Origin: Octopus sinensis
Lineage: Eukaryota
Assembly (NCBI RefSeq): GCF_006345805.1
Contig: NW_021831990.1
Location: 1 to 64,000 of the forward strand
Direction of reading: 5' to 3'
Length of the DNA: 64,000 bases
A program made the position numbers and the translations under genes. Position 1 is the first letter of the stretch, and each line of letters opens with the position of its first letter. The notes below the pieces were generated by a model that had not been told where the DNA came from, searched no databases, and worked only from the letters and a program-made list of their open reading frames with translations. This document shows positions 1 to 12,618 of the stretch, piece after piece.

Positions 1-134
1 TTATGTAACTGCTCAGCCTTGTTTCACTGAGTAACGCTGATTCTGTTACCGAATTAAGGGTTCACGAGTCTTTGGAATATTCAGCCACTTCATGTTAACT
101 GATTGCATAGGTTAATCAGTTGGATATTCATGCG

Positions 135-325
135 TCGAAAGCGGCAAAATATTTAGCGGCATTTCGTCCGTCTTCATGTTCTGAATTCGAATCTCGCTGA
201 GTTGACTTTGCCTTTCATCCTTTCGGGTTCGCAAAAATATGTACCAGTTGAATACTGGGGTCATTGTAATCGACTTAACCCACTCCCCAAAATTGCTAGC
301 GTTCTGCCAAAATTTGAATTCAATA
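135..325 (+). mobile_element. SINE family A copy (A2 tail), degenerate
   Basis: Matches the recurring core GAGTTCAAATTCCGCCGAGGTCGACTTTGCCTTTCATCCTTTCGGGGTCG seen many times in the window; ends at (TA)n. Confidence 0.8.
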
Positions 326-327
326 TC

Positions 328-378
<51 letters not shown>

Positions 379-381
<3 letters not shown>

Positions 382-726
382 TGTCACTCCGTCAAAGTAA
401 CAGCCTGCTCGTGGAATTAACTTGCAAGTAAGTGGCTGAAAACTCCACAGATACATGTACCCTAAACGTAGTATTCGGGTGGGATATTTAGCATGACACA
501 GAGTGTGACAAGGCTGGCCCTTCGAAATACAGGTACAAAAGAAACAGGAAGAAAGGGTGGGAGAAAGTTGTGCTGAAAGAGTACAGAAGAGTTCGCCACC
601 ATCACCAACCCTTGCCGGAGTCTCGTAGAACTTTAGAGGTTTTCACTCAATAAACACTCACAACGCCCAGTCTGGTTGGGAATCGAAACCACGATACTCC
701 GACCGCGAGTTCTCTGCCCTAACCAC
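379..726 (-). mobile_element. SINE family C (C1 tail), tRNA-like head
   Basis: Reverse complement of the 7815-8190 copy; head with A/B-box-like TGGTTAGGGCAG...GTTTCGATTCC. Confidence 0.8.
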
Positions 727-800
727 ACACACACACACCACCATATATATTTATATGTGGTGGAGTGTACATATATTTACGAATGTATACACATGCATAA

Positions 801-805
<5 letters not shown>

Positions 806-876
<71 letters not shown>

Positions 877-914
877 GGGATGGATGGATGGATGGATGGA
901 TGGATGGATGGATG

Positions 915-992
<78 letters not shown>
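806..992. repeat. Compound (GATA)n(GATG)n(GACA)n microsatellite
   Basis: Direct reading. Confidence 0.97.
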
Positions 993-994
<2 letters not shown>

Positions 995-1659
995 TGATTT
1001 ATATATAGAATGTTTCTTCTCAACTTCAGAAACTTATTTTTAGCATTAATAGATTTTTTAGCAAACTCATCACGTACGTTGGTCTTAAATAATATTAGTA
1101 TCAATTTTCGTGATTCCACTTCTTTCTCTGTAGTCATTTATAACGCAGACTGATTATAGTTAAATATCAGACGTTTATTGTATATATTAATATCTCAGGC
1201 TATATTTAGTTCGGCTAAATATAGTCTGGGGTCAGCAGCTCATGACGATGGCTGCATATTTTTCAGTTTACATGTATGATTCGAATACTATCACAGGTGT
1301 GTCGGGTCACCATACATTCTAATATGCGTAATGAAGCTAGTGTGCTAAATTTCAAGCATGTGTATCAATAACTGAATATATAAATATGTATATGTATGTG
1401 TGTGTATATGTGTGAGTGACCCTCTCTCTGTCTCTGTATTTATGTATGTATGTATGTATGTATGTATGTATGTATGTATGTATGTATTTTGTATGTATGT
1501 ATGTATGTATGTATGTATGTATGTATGTAGATAAAACTTACTTGGAAAAGGACGCGTGGCGTTCAATCATATAATAATATAAATAATATATAAATATATG
1601 CACATATACATACATATATGTACATACCTACATATATATGTATATATACATTCATATAT

Positions 1660-2010
1660 GGGTACATGACATCAAAAAGACGTTCAGTACAATGAGAAAC
1701 AAAAGCGTAAAAAGAAACACATAGAAACGAACTTTTTTTCGAACAACGAAAAAATCAAACAGAGAAACGAGACATACAACATAAAGAATGTTCCCCTTCT
1801 TCAGTTGACCCTGTTTCATCTACCCCGCGTTACAAAGACAAGGACAAGACGCGACTTCGTTGAAACAATCCTTCCCGCAAAGCAAATTAAATAAAATTTG
1901 GGATTTTTTGCGGAGGGTGAAAGTGGTAACAAGAACAGGACAGTGAGAACAAAACAGTAAACACAAATGGTAAGGGCTGTTAAGTCAAGACGATGGAAAA
2001 ATTGTTATGA
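1660..2010 (-). mobile_element. Short (TA)n-associated interspersed element (family E); second copy at ~32820-33150 (+)
   Basis: Shared blocks CAAATTAAATAAAATTTGGGA, GACGCGACTTCGTT and GAACTTTTTTT are reverse-complemented at 32.9-33.1 kb. Confidence 0.7.
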
Positions 2011-2311
2011 ACGCTAGGAAGACGAGCTTATGAGAGGAGACAGTATAAGTACGTTTAGTTTTTACGAAGGTTATGGGTAGAAAGGTAGATTCTCTTTCGT
2101 CACGTATCAGCGACGAGAGAGTCGAGGAGGAGGAGTGAGAGAGAGGAAACGGTGAAGAGGAGAGAAGAATAGGGAAGGTAGGACAATATATATCTATATA
2201 TATATATATACACGCATTAATTATATATATACACTTTATTAACATATGTATATGTATAATATAATATATAATATATATATATTATATATATACACACACA
2301 CATTATAATAT

Positions 2312-2343
<32 letters not shown>

Positions 2344-2414
2344 ATATATATTATCGCTATGGACTCCGTGTGAGCAGTCATCTAAGAGTTTTTGTTCATC
2401 TTGATGCTGACATA

Positions 2415-2515
2415 AGTTCCTTGTTTTTCCTGATGAGAAGGCGGCATAATGCACCCCTTATTCCTTCGAAATTAGGAATATGCAGCTTCGAAACATATGT
2501 CGAGAATAAGGAATT
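2415..2515 (+). ncRNA. Type I hammerhead ribozyme, apparently intact
   Basis: CTGATGA 2430-2436; helix II closed by GAAG/CTTC; GAAA 2490-2493; palindromic helix III ACATATGT; GUC cleavage triplet ending at 2501; helix I AGTTCCTTGTTTTTC pairs with GAGAATAAGGAATT. Confidence 0.8.
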
Positions 2516-2744
2516 TTGTTAAATCGTCGTTCAACTCCATTCTTTCATTTATTGTATTAAAAAACACACACATTCCCACACGAAAGCACGTGATCTCTGC
2601 CCTTGGCATGTAGCTTCAACCGTGTTTTTCTGAGTGAATTTGCTACCCAGGTATCGGTTAACCGAATTTCCATACTAAGATAATTCATTCAACTACCTAA
2701 ATATATATATATATTATATATATATATATATATAGATATATAAG

Positions 2745-2930
2745 GGAGAGTTTACGAAAACAAAACACGAAGACAGGTGGTGTACAAAACAACAGATGTA
2801 TTAGTATAACGCTCAGGAATAGAAAAAGTGTTTTACGTTTAGAGCTTACGCTTTTTTACAGAAAGGGACACAGAAAAAAACAAGGAGCGAAAAAAATGTT
2901 TGTAGTGGCTAACGATCTATCATGGCTAAC
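2745..2930 (-). mobile_element. (TA)n-flanked mini-element family F with degenerate hammerhead-like motif
   Basis: Homologous to 33425-33612 (+) and 46622-46750 (-): GAAGACAGGTGGTGTA...CAGATGTATTAGTATAACGCTC. Confidence 0.75.
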
Positions 2931-2944
2931 GATCCATCATATAT

Positions 2945-2986
<42 letters not shown>

Positions 2987-3039
2987 ATATATATTATATA
3001 TATATATACGCATGCGATACATTATTTGCACGATGTGGA

Positions 3040-3320
3040 GAATATATCACCAGCATTGCCCAAACGACCTGAACATTAGCTTCAAAATTCATCCAAGGCT
3101 AGGACCACAGACCTTACGTCCCTTACCCAACTCAGGATCACATAAATACACTGCAACACAATTTTTTTCCTCAACACGCCATGTCCTATTTAACATTGTC
3201 CCGAAACAGATCAAAGAGGAAAAGATCCCATAACCTTTAAACGGAATCTGGACAAATTTCTTCAAAGAATACCAGATAAGCCACCTATACCGGGATACAA
3301 CTCACTCAGCAAGAACCCCT
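3040..3320 (+). mobile_element. CR1/L2-group LINE ORF2 C-terminal remnant
   Basis: Frameshifted LFNIVPKQIKEEK-DPITFKRNLDKFLQRIPDKPPIPGYNSLSKN, typical of the FKRxLDKFL..PD.P terminus. Confidence 0.65.
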
Positions 3321-3342
3321 TCCTCGAATGGAGCATGGTATT

Positions 3343-3390
<48 letters not shown>

Positions 3391-3404
3391 TGTTTATGTG
3401 TGTA

Positions 3405-3800
3405 CGCAGGAGTGGCTGTGTGGTAAGTAGCTTGCTTACGAACCACATGGTTCCGGGTTCAGTCCTACTGCGTGGCACCTTGGGCAAGTGTCTTCTGCTA
3501 TAGCCTCGGGCCAACCAAAGCCTTATGAGTGGATTTGGTAGACGGAAACTGAAAAGAAGCCCGTCGTATATATTTATATATATGTATATGTATGTGTGTG
3601 TGTATGTGTTTGTGTGTCCTCCCCCCACTTGACAACCGATGCTGGTGTGTTTAGGTCCCCGTAACTTAGCGGTTCGGCAAAAGAGAGCCATAGAATAAGT
3701 ACTAGGCTTACAAAGAATAAATCCTGGGGGTCGATTTCATTCGACTAAAGGCAGTGCTCCAGCATGGCCGCAGTCAAATGACTGAAACAAGTAAAAGAGT
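3405..3800 (+). mobile_element. SINE family B with internal microsatellite
   Basis: tRNA-like head GCAGGAGTGGCTGTGTGGTAAG...GGTTCAGTCC, CORE-like ACCTTGGGCAAGTGTCTT, internal (TA/TG)n, tail ...GACTGAAACAAGTAAAAGAGT. Confidence 0.88.
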
Positions 3801-4149
3801 ACGTGAATGTATGTGTGTTTGTCTGGGTGTGTGTATGTGTATGTGTGCGTATTTCTGTGTTGTTGTGTGTGTGAGTGTGTGTGTCTCTTTGTAAGTGGTG
3901 TGTGTGTGCATCTGTATTTGTGTATGTGAGTGCGAATGTGTTCCTGTGTTTGAGTGTGTGTGTGTTTATGTGTTTGCGTATGTGTATGTGTGCTTGTGAC
4001 TAAGCGTGCATGCGTACTTGTGTGGGTGCGTGCACGTGCGTGTGTGCAGGTACGTGTATGTGCGGGTATGTTAATGTACCAAGATTAACATTTTTAGGTG
4101 TGTGTAGGTAAGAATGGGAGTCGAAAGAAGAGAAATGAAAACGTACTGA

Positions 4150-4740
4150 GATGAAGGAAGGCGAGCGTCATAGGTTAAGGGAAGAAAGAAAGAAAATACA
4201 GGAACAAGACGAGGAGGAGGAGGAGGAGGGAGGGAAGAGGAGGGAGGGAAGAGGAGCAAGAGGAAGAGGAGAAACAGGAGGGGAGAGGAGGAGAAACAGG
4301 AGGGGAAGAGGAGGAGATAGAAGGGAGGGCGAGGAGAAAGAGGACGAGAGGACGAGGAGAAAGAGGAAGAGAGGACGAGGTGTAAGAGGAGGGGAGGATG
4401 AGGAGAAAGAGGAGGGGAGGAGGAGAAAGAGAGGGGAAGAGGAGGAGAAAGAAGGGAGGGCGAGGAGAAAGCGGAAGAGAGGACGAGGAGAAAGAGGATA
4501 GGAGGATGAGAAGATGAGGAGAAGAGGAGACAGAGGATAGGAGGAGAAAGAGGTGGAAATGGTGGTGGAGGAGGAGGAGGAGGTGCAAGAGGAGGAGGAG
4601 GAGGAGGTGCAAGAGGAGGAGGAGGAGGAGGTGCAAGAGGAGGAGGAGGTGCAAGAGGCTAAAAAGAACGTCGATACCTCGACGACAGCAGCGACAACAA
4701 TAGCAACAACAACAACAACAACAGCAACAAACGTATAACG
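4150..4740. repeat. Purine-rich (GAG/GGA)n low-complexity tract with 21-nt GAGGAGGAGGAGGAGGTGCAA units, then (ACA)n
   Basis: Direct reading. Confidence 0.9.
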
Positions 4741-5052
4741 AAATTACAATTAACAAAATGCCATGGATCTGGTGAGTGGTGGGGAGATGGAGGGAGTCGG
4801 AGCTTAAAATTGAAACAAAGGCGAAAGCTAAAACAAAAGATAGGTAAGACTATATTAACGGGGTGTAGAGCAGGTGTAAATTAACTTTCAGGTAACAAGA
4901 TCAGCAAGTTCTCTCACAAAAATTAATTTTAATTAGGTAATAATAACTAAAGAAGGAGCTTCTATGAATTATTAAGTAAAGTTGGTTTAAAATGATATAA
5001 TAAATTAAAAATTGGTTATGTGGGATTCTGAATGGAATAAGTAATTATATAT

Positions 5053-5644
5053 TCTTTTCTACTCTAGGCACAAGGCCCGAATTTTTGAGGGAAGGGGCCA
5101 GTCGATTAGATCGAATCCTGTACGCAACCGGTACATAATTTATCGACCCCGAACGGATGAAAAGCAAAGTCGATCTCGCCGAAATTTGAACTTAACTCAG
5201 AACATAGCGGCAGACGAAATACCTATTTCTTTACTACCCACAAGGGGCTAAACACAGAGAGGACAAACAAAGACAGACAAACGGATTAAGTCGATTATAT
5301 CGACCCCAGTGCGTAACTGGTACTTATTTAATCGACCCCGAAAGGATGAAAGGCGAAGTCGACCTCGGCGGAATTTGAACTCAACTCAGAACATAAAGAC
5401 AGACGAAATACCTATTTCTTTACTACCATTAAGGGGCTAAACACAGAGAGGACAAACAAAGACAGACAAACAGATTAAGTCGATTACATCGATCCCAGTG
5501 CCTAACTGGTACTTATTTAATCGACCCCGGAAGGATAAAAGCAAAGTCAACCTCGGAGGAATTTGAACTCAGAACGTAACGGCAGACGAAATACCGTTAA
5601 GAATATCGTCCGGCGTGGTAACGTTTCTGCCAGATCGCCGTCTT
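5053..5644 (-). mobile_element. SINE A trimer: head-core-A1, core-A1, core-A2
   Basis: Junction GACGAAATACCTATTTCTTTACTACC at ~5223 and ~5412. Confidence 0.88.
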
Positions 5645-5659
5645 AGTACGTGTGTTAAT

Positions 5660-5880
5660 AATCTTCTCTTCTCTAGGCACAAAGTCCGAAATTTTAGGGG
5701 AGGGGGCTAGTCGATTAGATTGATTCCAATACGCAACTGGTACCTAATTTATCAAATCTAAAAGGATGAAAAGCAAAGTCGACCTCGGTGGAATTTGAAC
5801 TCAACTCAGAACGTAAAGACAGGCGAAATACCGCCAAGAATTTCGCCCGGCGTGCTAACGTTTCGGACAGCTCGCCGCCT
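5660..5880 (-). mobile_element. SINE A monomer (A2 tail)
   Basis: Head CAGCTCGCCGCCTT, core, tail CTCTAGGCACAAAG. Confidence 0.85.
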
Positions 5881-6063
5881 TCATTATTTATATATTATAC
5901 AGAATTGGTGCAGTTTTGGCTGCGGTTAAGGAGGTCGCTTGGCAATCATGTTGTTTTGGGTTCAGTGTCTAATGCACTGCACCTTAAGCAAGTATCTTCT
6001 CCTGTAGCCCTGGACCGACCAATGACTTGTGAGTGAATTTGCGAGACTGAAAGAAGCCCGTTG

Positions 6064-6096
<33 letters not shown>

Positions 6097-6662
6097 ATTC
6101 ATACACACACAAACACAGACAGACAAGCGCACGCACACACATATATTCTTTTACTTGTTCCAGTCATTTGTATGCGGCCATGCATATATATAATATATAT
6201 ATATATATAATATAATTAAAAATGAGGGTGTCTAAAAGACACCAACATGCCGAAATAGCAGTCGAACACTGACTATAGTACCACGTTAAATGTTCATATC
6301 GCACCATGAGGTAAGCGGAGGGACAAAACATACAAGCAAAATTATTGAATAATTCAAGATCCAAGGATTTCTGGTTCTGCTTTAGATAAGCTTTACCGTC
6401 ATCAATTGAATATATCAAGGGTACATAAATACAGAATATATATGCACAGCAAACGATATACTTACATATACGAGCGTCGATATATAATAATATATATATA
6501 TATATATATAATAGCAAAAACTGTCTGATGAACGGCAACGAGAAACTCAGAGTACAGATTTGTTGAATTTTCTGCTGCTTTAAATAAAGCATATTACTCT
6601 ACCACTGGTATTTGAGTACTCTTTTTTTCCACCTTGTTTCACATTTATGTGTTTACTCCGGT

Positions 6663-6727
<65 letters not shown>

Positions 6728-6734
6728 TATATAT

Positions 6735-6766
<32 letters not shown>

Positions 6767-6779
6767 ATATATATATATA

Positions 6780-6857
<78 letters not shown>

Positions 6858-7361
6858 ATAGATATAGATATATGGGGTTGTATAAAAATATAAGTTAAGA
6901 AAAATAACACGAAGTGGCCAGAGGCAAGTGCTTTAATAACTTAGACAAATACCGGTATGTAAAATACCTTATAATACAAAACAAAGTATGAATCATAATT
7001 ATCAAACGGCAATTAAGACCAGCTCCACGTGAGAAGGGGAGATAAAATTCAAATAGTCTCCAAAACTGACATACCATTAAGGAAAGGGACAGGCTTATTG
7101 CCTGCAGACAGGCCGAACAGTCGAGGACACATGTCTCTGGCTCAAGAACCTTCGTCAGTACAACAATCGTCCCACCTAATCTCCAGCAGCCAAAGGAATT
7201 TAGACTTATTCGGAACGGAGTAGAAAACAGTTAGGGTCCAATTTAGATAATTTAAACAAAGTGAGAGATAGATGATGATGATGAGGAGGAGGAGGATGAC
7301 GATGATGATGATGATAATGGTGATGGTGATGATGACGACGATGATGATGACGATGATGATA

Positions 7362-7420
<59 letters not shown>

Positions 7421-7814
7421 GGTGATGGTGAGAATTATGATACCGGCGAGGACCACAACGACGACCATGCCTCAGTTATGCCCTCTGACCATTACTTGTC
7501 ATGAACAGCAAAGCGAAGACGACGTTATTACCTAATTAATGGCTTACACCGTTTACTGCGACTTTATATTCCTGTCAAATCTTCCTTTGTCACCCGTTTT
7601 GGTAATACCTCATCTATCACTTATCGCTTCTTGTATTCACCGTTCCACGACATCCGTGCAACGAACGATGTTGTTCGATGCATCTACAAATAAATCTCCC
7701 CACCCCTCCACCATGCCTTCCATCACGATGCCTGCGTAAAGCGGAAAGGCATCATCAAAACTGTCCGTATTGAATATCCGATGCCATCACCCTTGTTTAA
7801 GACTAAATGTGAAG

Positions 7815-8190
7815 GCCTAATGGCTCAGTGGTTAGGGCAGCGGACTCGCGGTCATAGGATTGCAGTTTCAATTCCCAGACCGGGCGTTGTGAGTGTTTAT
7901 TGAGCAAAAACACCTAAAGCTCCACGCGGCTCCGGCAGGTGGTGGTGAAGAACCCTGCTGTACTCCTTCACCACAACTTTCTCTCACTCTTTCTTCTTGT
8001 TTCGGGTGTGCCTGTATTTCAAAGGGCCAGCCTTGTCACACTCTGTGTCACGCTGAATCTCCCTGAGAACTATGTTAGGAGTACACGTGTTTGTGGAGCA
8101 CTCAGCCACCTGCACGTTACATTCACGAGCAGACTGCTCTATTGATTGGATCAACTGGAACCCTCGTCATCGTAACCGACGGAGTGCTGT
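7815..8190 (+). mobile_element. SINE family C1
   Basis: TGGCTCAGTGGTTAGGGCAGCGGACTCGCGG head; tail ...GGATCAACTGGAACCCTCGTCATCGTAACCGACGG. Confidence 0.85.
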
Positions 8191-8297
8191 AGTAAGACTA
8201 ACGATGGTTCTAGGAATTTTCGCCGTAGACATTTTTGCCGTAGTTAAATTCACCATTAAAAAAAGGTCGTTATTTGTGATAAATATCTATAGTGGAG

Positions 8298-8570
8298 GTA
8301 CATGGCCTAGTAGTTAGAGCAGCGGACTCGCGGTCGAGGGATTGCGGGTTCGAATCTTAGACCAAGCGATGTGTGTATTTAGGAGCGAAACGCCTAAGCT
8401 CCACGCGGTTCCGGCAGAAGTTAATGGCGAACTTCTGCTGACTCTTTCGCCACAACTTTCTCTCCTCCTGCATCTCCCGTCCCGTCCAGGTGTGGAACCT
8501 ATTCGCCAAGGAAACCGGAAACCCGGCCCTTATGAGCCAGGCGTAGCTCGAGAAGGAACAAACAACAAAT
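8298..8570 (+). mobile_element. SINE family C2 (same head, different V-domain-like middle and tail)
   Basis: Head as in C1; CGTCCCGTCCAGGTG block; also 57645-57948 (-) and 62998-63170 (+). Confidence 0.8.
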
Positions 8571-9019
8571 ATCTATAAGATGGTACAAAAGAATATATTA
8601 GACTTTGCAAGACTTTATAAGAGGTGTTGAAAGTGTCATCCTTCATTTTCTATACATGACTCTTCTATACATGTTTTGAAATACATCTTGGAGAAAGAAA
8701 TTCGCTGCGGAGGGACTTTTTGAACATCCTATACTACCGTCCTTGGAATCTTCAATCTCACTCTCACATCATCTTCTCTATCTTTTTTTTTACGTAGATT
8801 TTCTACTCTTGTTGTTATAAGTCGTTCTTCTCTACTTCTACTTCTACCGCTGCTTCGTTCATCATCGTTTATTCTCTCAACATTATTCTTTCTTTCATTG
8901 CTCTGAACTTTCTCTTCAAGTTACTATTCTTTTTAATACTCTGTAACTCAATCCTGTAGCTTGCTATCACTGGCTGTCTTCCATAACTCCCTCCTTTACC
9001 TTCTTCACAGCTCCTATCG

Positions 9020-9025
9020 CTCTCG

Positions 9026-9067
<42 letters not shown>

Positions 9068-9282
9068 CTTTCTCTCCCTCCTTTCTCTCTCTCTCTATCT
9101 CTATCCATCTATCTATCTCTCTTTTCTCTCCCTCCTTTCTCTCTCACTCTATCTCTCTCCCTATCTCTCTCGCTCTCTCTCTATCTATCTATCTATCTCT
9201 CTTTCTCTCCCTCCTTTCTCTCTCTTTCTATCTATCTCTATCCATATATCTATCTCTCTTTTCTCTCACTCTACCTTTCTCC

Positions 9283-9342
<60 letters not shown>

Positions 9343-9460
9343 CTCTTTCTCTTCCTCCTTTCTCTCTATCTCTATCTCTATCCATCTATCTATCTCTCTT
9401 TTCACTCCCTCTTTTCTCTCTCACTCTATCTCTCTCCCTATCTCTCTCGCTCTCTCCCTT
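9020..9460. repeat. Compound (CT)n/(CTAT)n tract with higher-order duplications
   Basis: Direct reading. Confidence 0.92.
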
Positions 9461-9594
9461 CTTCATTTGCTCTCTCCTATTCACTTCGTTCCTTACTTTG
9501 TTTCTATCGCCATACTTTCTTTCTGCTATTCATTCTCTCAATCACGTTTCATCTTCAACTGACTGACGCAATGATATTATTTCCATTCTCTTTT

Positions 9595-10005
9595 ACTCTT
9601 TTACTCATGTCAGTCATTTGACTGTGGCCATGCTGGAGCACCGCCTTTAGTCGAGCAAATCGACCCCAGACTTATTCTTTGGAAGCCTAGTACTTATTCT
9701 ATCGGTCTCTCTTGCCGAACCGCTAAGTTACAGGGACGTAAACACACCAGCATCGGTTGTCAAGTGATGTTGGGGGGGGGCAAGCAAAGCACAAAAACAT
9801 ATACACACACATACACATATACATATATATACATATAGACGACGGGCTTCTTTCAGTTTCCGTCTACCAAATCCATCGCACAAAGGCTTGGTCGGCCCGA
9901 GGCTATAGTAGAAGACACTTGCCCAAGGTTCCACGCAGTGGGACTGAACCCGGAACCATGTGGTTGGTAAGCAAGCTACTTACCACACAGCCACTCTTGC
10001 GCCTA
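9595..10005 (-). mobile_element. SINE family B
   Basis: Reverse complement of the family B consensus. Confidence 0.88.
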
Positions 10006-10569
10006 TAAAACCATTTGGTTCTGTTCAGGGCAGTATTGAACCCTGGCCAGAAACTCCAGCTAGTTATCTATACATTTACCTACAAGGCTACCTAGACTCC
10101 CATTATTTACATTATTTACATTTGTCCTTATCTTTTTCTTCAAATGTAAATAATGTACATAATTCCTCATCTCTCAAATATAGAACTGAGGCAATGATAT
10201 TTATAGAGAGTGTGTTGTGATAAAAGTACAATCATTATTCCCAGCTAGATGGAATATTTTACTCTTAATGAAATTATAACACTGTACTTATCTAGTACTG
10301 TGTCACCATAAAATACATCCAATACACCTGTAGAAAGAGCTTTTGGCTGTAGAAGCTACCTTAATATAAATGCCACGAGTCAGAGATGGTCCTCCAACCC
10401 CTGTGTCTAGGAGGCCTGTAACTCCGAATGAAGAACAGACACAGATTATGATGAACCGTCCAACCCGTGACTAGGAAAAATTGATGCAAAATGATGATGA
10501 TGATGATAATGATGGTGGATGTGGTCGTGATGGTCGTGGTGGTCGTGGTGGTGCTGTTGCTGGTGCTGG

Positions 10570-11110
10570 TGTCAATTGTCTCTTCTCAGTTAATTGCAAT
10601 GCAGAATCACGGCAACTGACATTGTGAGCAGATAAATATCAAGACAGATTACCAATGAAAAGTGAACAACATTTGTTACACTTTTTTTGACAACAGATAT
10701 ACCTTCTCTCATCCGGCGACAATCTGTTATAAGATTTCTTTGGTTGATGTGACTTTGAGTGGCTGACAAGATCAGCCTTACAAGCACAAACACGATTACA
10801 AGTTAAACACTTGAATGGATTATAAATATCTATACTTTCGTTTCAATTATGCGAGATTAATGCGAGCCTTTTCATACGCGCTTGGAGTCATTGAATATAT
10901 TTTTCTCTCCAGCATCCCAAATCAACTACATTTTTCTTATTTCGCAAACTTCCATATGATTAGGTTTTCAGATCATATATAAAAATCTTTTTGTCTAAAT
11001 TTCTGTTTGTGTGGTGGGATCCAGAACGTAGTTCTCCAAAGACAAGGCACTTTAGAATTCTGGAATTCTTTAATCAACCATAAGAGCTATATAGCCTATC
11101 CACCTTGGGA
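10570..11110 (-). mobile_element. RTE-clade LINE 3' remnant with terminal C2H2 finger
   Basis: Minus frames give LVFGELRSGSHHTNR and FKCLTCNRVCACKADLVSHSKSH (C-x2-C-x12-H-x3-H). Confidence 0.7.
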
Positions 11111-11371
11111 AAATATTTTGCAAAGGAACTTCTATGTTTACAATATTCGCTAGCTTCAAAATCTCAACTTCACTCACAAAATCTATCCGACATTTATGAA
11201 AAATTCAACAGCACTTTTCCTGTAAATACTCTGGAATTCAAAAGTTTTAAGTTTTATCATATGCCGCTACTTTAGAGTCCACACGAGGTTTTCTAGGACA
11301 GTAATGATAAAGAACCAAACTTTCAACAAGATGTATTGTCTTATATGTGTATGTGTGTTTGTGTGTGTGTG

Positions 11372-11412
<41 letters not shown>

Positions 11413-11595
11413 TGTGTGTGTGTGTGTGCATGTAAATTAAGTGGAAAAAAGGAGAAATCTTGATCAATAACAGCTGACTACCATCCATTATTATTTTTGG
11501 ATTCAAAACATTATCCCAGGATTATCATAGATAATTTATACTGGTAGTAAAACGGATTCTTATCCTTAGACGGTTACTCCAATATGAATGTGGTA

Positions 11596-11627
<32 letters not shown>

Positions 11628-11880
11628 TATATTATATATATACACCCATTCATGCATATATTATATAATATATTCACATCCACACACGCACGCACTTATA
11701 CACTCACACCCACGCACGCACACGCTCAACCGGAATAGCTACTAATGGTTTCATGCATTTATGATACTTTAACTTAGTATATTTATAAAATACGCCATGT
11801 ATCTCCAAGAACTTTTGTTTCTCACTAGAGGGAGTACTTTTTTTTGTTGATTCTAGATATATTGAATGTACAAACTACAT

Positions 11881-11916
<36 letters not shown>

Positions 11917-12389
11917 GAGGGGGAGAGAGACAGAAAGGGAGAGAGCTAGAGACTACGCACACAAGCTGCACCTGAGCAACTTGACCTTCGAACTGGCTTT
12001 ATTAGCGCCTTATTTTCTGCTCATTATCTGACTTCAGTAAGATATTTGTATTAATTTGTATTTCATTACCTTTGTTCATTTGATTATTTATGGCCCAGGT
12101 CGTACTCCAAGCATTCCGAAAACAAGCTTCTTTCGCATTTTAAAACCCTTACTCTCGTAAACAAATTGATAATATATATTTCTTATATTAACAAGGAGAA
12201 TAACTCTGCTTTACATTGTAAAAAACAAATACTATCCGGTTGAACAAAAGAATCACCTGTAGATTTAGATTAGATTCCCCAATCCTGACAGCTAGATTCT
12301 TCTAAATTGATTACGGCGGTATTAGAAGTTAGAATTTAAAAACTAAGCAGTAGTGATGATGTACCGAAAATACGTATTTAATTCATTGA

Positions 12390-12618
12390 AGGCGGCGAGC
12401 TGGCAGAATCGTTAGGACGCGGGGCAAAATGCGTAGCCGTATTTCGTCTGCGGTTACGTTCTGAGTTCAAATTCCGTCGAGGTCGACTTTGCCTTTCATC
12501 CTTTTGGGGTCGATAAATTAAGTACCAGTTACGCACTGGGGTTGATGTAATCGACTTAATCCGTTTGTCTGTCCTTGTTTGTTCCCTCTGTGTTTAGCCC
12601 CTTGTGATCAATAAAGAA
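12390..12618 (+). mobile_element. SINE A monomer (A1 tail) with TSD
   Basis: AAGGCGGCGAGCTGGCAGAA...AATAAAGAAA; TATTTAATTCATT duplicated on both flanks. Confidence 0.9.

Noticed and set aside
4151-4756. Arg/Glu-rich and poly-Leu ORFs
   Set aside because: Simple (GAG)n low-complexity DNA open in several frames; no domain or splice support
5053-5644. SINE A multimers as a CRISPR-like or satellite array, or as circularised GT-AG introns
   Set aside because: Units are SINE bodies with no spacers; the GGTA target-site model explains the AG|GT junction more simply
7815-7890. tRNA genes at SINE heads
   Set aside because: A/B-box-like heads continue into SINE bodies and do not close a cloverleaf
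10590-10793. 67-aa ORF resembling a membrane protein, or a C2H2 zinc-finger gene
   Set aside because: An alternative frame and upstream motifs identify it as an RTE LINE terminus
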